Source: a virus
Virus record (IMG/VR): IMGVR_UViG_3300035683_000001
Location: 1 to 64,000 of that record
DNA: 64,000 bases
Direction: 5' to 3' (one strand)
The notes beneath the pieces are model-generated. The model saw nothing but the letters and a program-made list of their open reading frames with translations, made no database searches and was not told the DNA's origin. The translations under genes were made by a program, and so were the position numbers. This document shows positions 62,333 through 64,000 of this stretch, piece after piece. Positions within the stretch are counted from its first letter, which is position 1. Every line of letters starts with the position of its first letter.

Positions 62333-62356
62333 TGTAACCGCAATTTCTTGCGGTGA
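62333..62356. repeat. variant 24-mer TGTAACCGCAATTTCTTGCGGTGA (copy 3)
   Basis: Its first 15 nt are identical to the 16650 and 25259 copies. It forms a perfect 7-bp hairpin ACCGCAA-TTTC-TTGCGGT in the sigma/integrase intergenic region. Confidence 0.9.
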
Positions 62357-62444
62357 GGATTGATTATTTCTCCTAAGTATCGAGAATCAACATTCCAACA
62401 GGTAGAAAGGAAGCCTAAAGGGACGTAAACTAAGGGTTTCAGCC

Positions 62445-63398
62445 TTGTCTCTCCTAGCTTTTCCTTCCGACCAATCTTTCAACATTGCCAAGTCTACTAG
62501 TCCGGTTGGAGTTTATCTTTCTCGACTGGCTCAAGGTTCACGCCCAACAATGCGATCTGGACTAGAACAGGTAGTCGCGATTGTTAATGAGTGGACTAAC
62601 CAGAACTACGACTTGCTCTCATTCCCTTGGGGTGAGTTGCGATATCAGCACACCCAAGCTATTCGTTCGCAGCTTGCTAGTCGCTATGCTCACAGTACAG
62701 CCAACAAAATTCTCTCAGCACTTCGAGGTGTGATAAAAGAGGCGTGGCGATTGGGCTTAATTAGTATAGAGGATTATCAGAGGGCAGTGGACTTGCAACC
62801 TATCAAAGGCTCAAGACCATTAAAAGGTAGAGCATTACAGCAAGAGGAGATTGCTTCTCTGTTGCGAGTCTGCTCTGAAGACTTGTCGCCACACGGGGTA
62901 AGAGATGCGGCGATACTAGCCTTGCTGCGTTCGTGTGGCTTGCGACGTTCCGAGGTTGTGAACCTGGAATTAAAAGATGTGAATCTAAGCGATCGCTCCC
63001 TCACTGTCAGAGCCGCCAAAGGAAACAAAACCCGTATCGTTCCGCTATCCTCTCACCTTATCCCTAGACTGGAGTACTGGCTACAGCTAAGGCGTGAGGC
63101 TGGATTAACAGACGGTGCGGTATTTGTGCGGATTCGTGGCAGCAAGATTACGGCTTCTGGACTGTCCGATCAAAGTGTTGGGGATATGCTAGAGAAGCGC
63201 TGCAAGGAAGCTGGTATCACCGTTGAGACTACCTCGCATGACCTAAGACGAACCTTTGCAACACACCTGTTTGACGCAGGTGTTGACCCTGAGACAGTGC
63301 AAAAACTGATGGGGCATAGCCAAATTCAGACTAGTATTTCCTACAGTAGAAGAGACGATTCTATCAAGAAAGCTGCCGTTGAAAATTTAGACCTATAG
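62445..63398 (+). CDS. int: tyrosine recombinase / phage integrase (XerC/D-like)
   Basis: GLRRSEV, HDLRRTFATHL and LMGHSQIQTSISY supply the R..H-x-x-R..H..Y catalytic residues. Confidence 0.9.
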   Translation: MSLLAFPSDQSFNIAKSTSPVGVYLSRLAQGSRPTMRSGLEQVVAIVNEWTNQNYDLLSFPWGELRYQHTQAIRSQLASRYAHSTANKILSALRGVIKEAWRLGLISIEDYQRAVDLQPIKGSRPLKGRALQQEEIASLLRVCSEDLSPHGVRDAAILALLRSCGLRRSEVVNLELKDVNLSDRSLTVRAAKGNKTRIVPLSSHLIPRLEYWLQLRREAGLTDGAVFVRIRGSKITASGLSDQSVGDMLEKRCKEAGITVETTSHDLRRTFATHLFDAGVDPETVQKLMGHSQIQTSISYSRRDDSIKKAAVENLDL

Positions 63399-63520
63399 TT
63401 CAAAACTATTGCCAGTAAAAGCTTGTAGCGTTTATTTGTGTTAAAATACTAGCAGATCAAAGAGTGTTGTCACCACCCTTTGATCCTAGACAAATTAACC
63501 TGATCAGAGGTCAATTCATC

Positions 63521-64000
63521 ATGGTTTTATCATCTCATGTAAATGATGGTCGCTACAAACATCATTCACGAACATTCGTTAAATCAAAACCGCCAAAACT
63601 GGACTTGACTGGGCAGCACTTCTCTAAGCTGGGCGTTATTGAATGGGCTGGAACATGGAATCAAAAGAATTTTTGGGTTTGTCAGTGTGAGTGTGGCGAT
63701 CCAGAGTACAACCCGGTCGTAGTTTTTGCTGGCTCACTGACATCCGGCAATACCACTTCATGTGGCTGCACGACTCGCAGACACAAAATGAGTGGAACGA
63801 AGATTTATCATATTTGGTGCAACATGATTCGTCGTTGCACAGATCCAAGCAAGAAGGAGTATCGCAATTATGGTGGACGAGGAATAACCGTTTGCGAGCG
63901 TTGGCTAAAGTTTGAAAACTTTTACGCAGACATGGGAGAACGTCCTGACGGCTGCACGTTGGACAGGGTTGAAAATAACTTGGGATACTCTCCAGAGAAT
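63521..64000 (+). CDS. HNH_3-like protein, partial (runs off the window)
   Basis: Open from ATG 63521 to the window end. FSKLGVIEW...CQCECGD...SCGC...KMSGTKIYHIWCNMIRRC...YGGRGITVCERW..FENFYADMGERP...LDRVENNLGYSPEN is a paralogue of 45892-46587. Confidence 0.6.
   Translation, partial: MVLSSHVNDGRYKHHSRTFVKSKPPKLDLTGQHFSKLGVIEWAGTWNQKNFWVCQCECGDPEYNPVVVFAGSLTSGNTTSCGCTTRRHKMSGTKIYHIWCNMIRRCTDPSKKEYRNYGGRGITVCERWLKFENFYADMGERPDGCTLDRVENNLGYSPEN

Overview
This 64 kb window is one contiguous segment of a temperate, lambda-like siphovirus or prophage. The host is probably a cyanobacterium, because the HIP1 octamer GCGATCGC is scattered throughout (e.g. 1660, 4053, 5671, 6325).

Layout:
- (i) 0-9.4 kb, mostly + strand: small early or accessory genes, two HTH regulators with an operator array, a translationally coupled operon of tiny membrane, lipoprotein and secreted proteins ending in a membrane-anchored P-loop ATPase, an octamer-repeat array, and a RusA-like resolvase carrying an in-frame TAG.
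- (ii) 9.5-45.9 kb, + strand: tail morphogenesis. It contains tail-completion-like genes (one fused to a glycosidase-like domain) and the major tail protein. A moron island with an IS200/IS605-type TnpB follows, then G/GT chaperones with an A_AAA_AAC -1 frameshift site. The tape measure protein is 4170 aa and carries a 145-aa mini-intein plus M23 and GH19-like muralytic domains. After it come gpL-, gpK- and gpI-like genes and a gpJ-like gene split in two by a 1.5 kb cassette. The arm ends with several gpM-like adaptor domains and a 1205-aa fibre or depolymerase-like protein. Reverse-strand morons are interspersed.
- (iii) 45.9-62.2 kb, mostly - strand: an HNH_3-like gene, XRE regulators, and a fibre-like plus gpM-like pair. 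A methyltransferase island follows (C5-MTase plus a fusion with two N6A-MTase domains and a ParB-like domain). Next are DnaB, a lambda-O-like initiator with iterons inside its own gene, two sigma-70-family factors, and a CI/Cro-like divergent switch.
- (iv) a tyrosine integrase at 62.4-63.4 kb, then a partial paralogue of the HNH_3-like gene.

I recognised no terminase, portal, capsid, holin or tRNA genes and no CRISPR array.

Candidates most worth follow-up:
- a family of at least seven ACCGC-N8-GCGGT hairpin or palindrome elements, two of them inserted in frame in ORFs and one at the 3' end of the TnpB element
- the split J gene
- the roughly 870-nt region open in two frames at the Dcm/MTase junction
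- the uncharacterised envelope/ATPase module with its adjacent CCCGACA repeat array
- the relocated and multiplied gpM-like domains

All functional calls rest on motif recognition from memory and on synteny. No database search was run.
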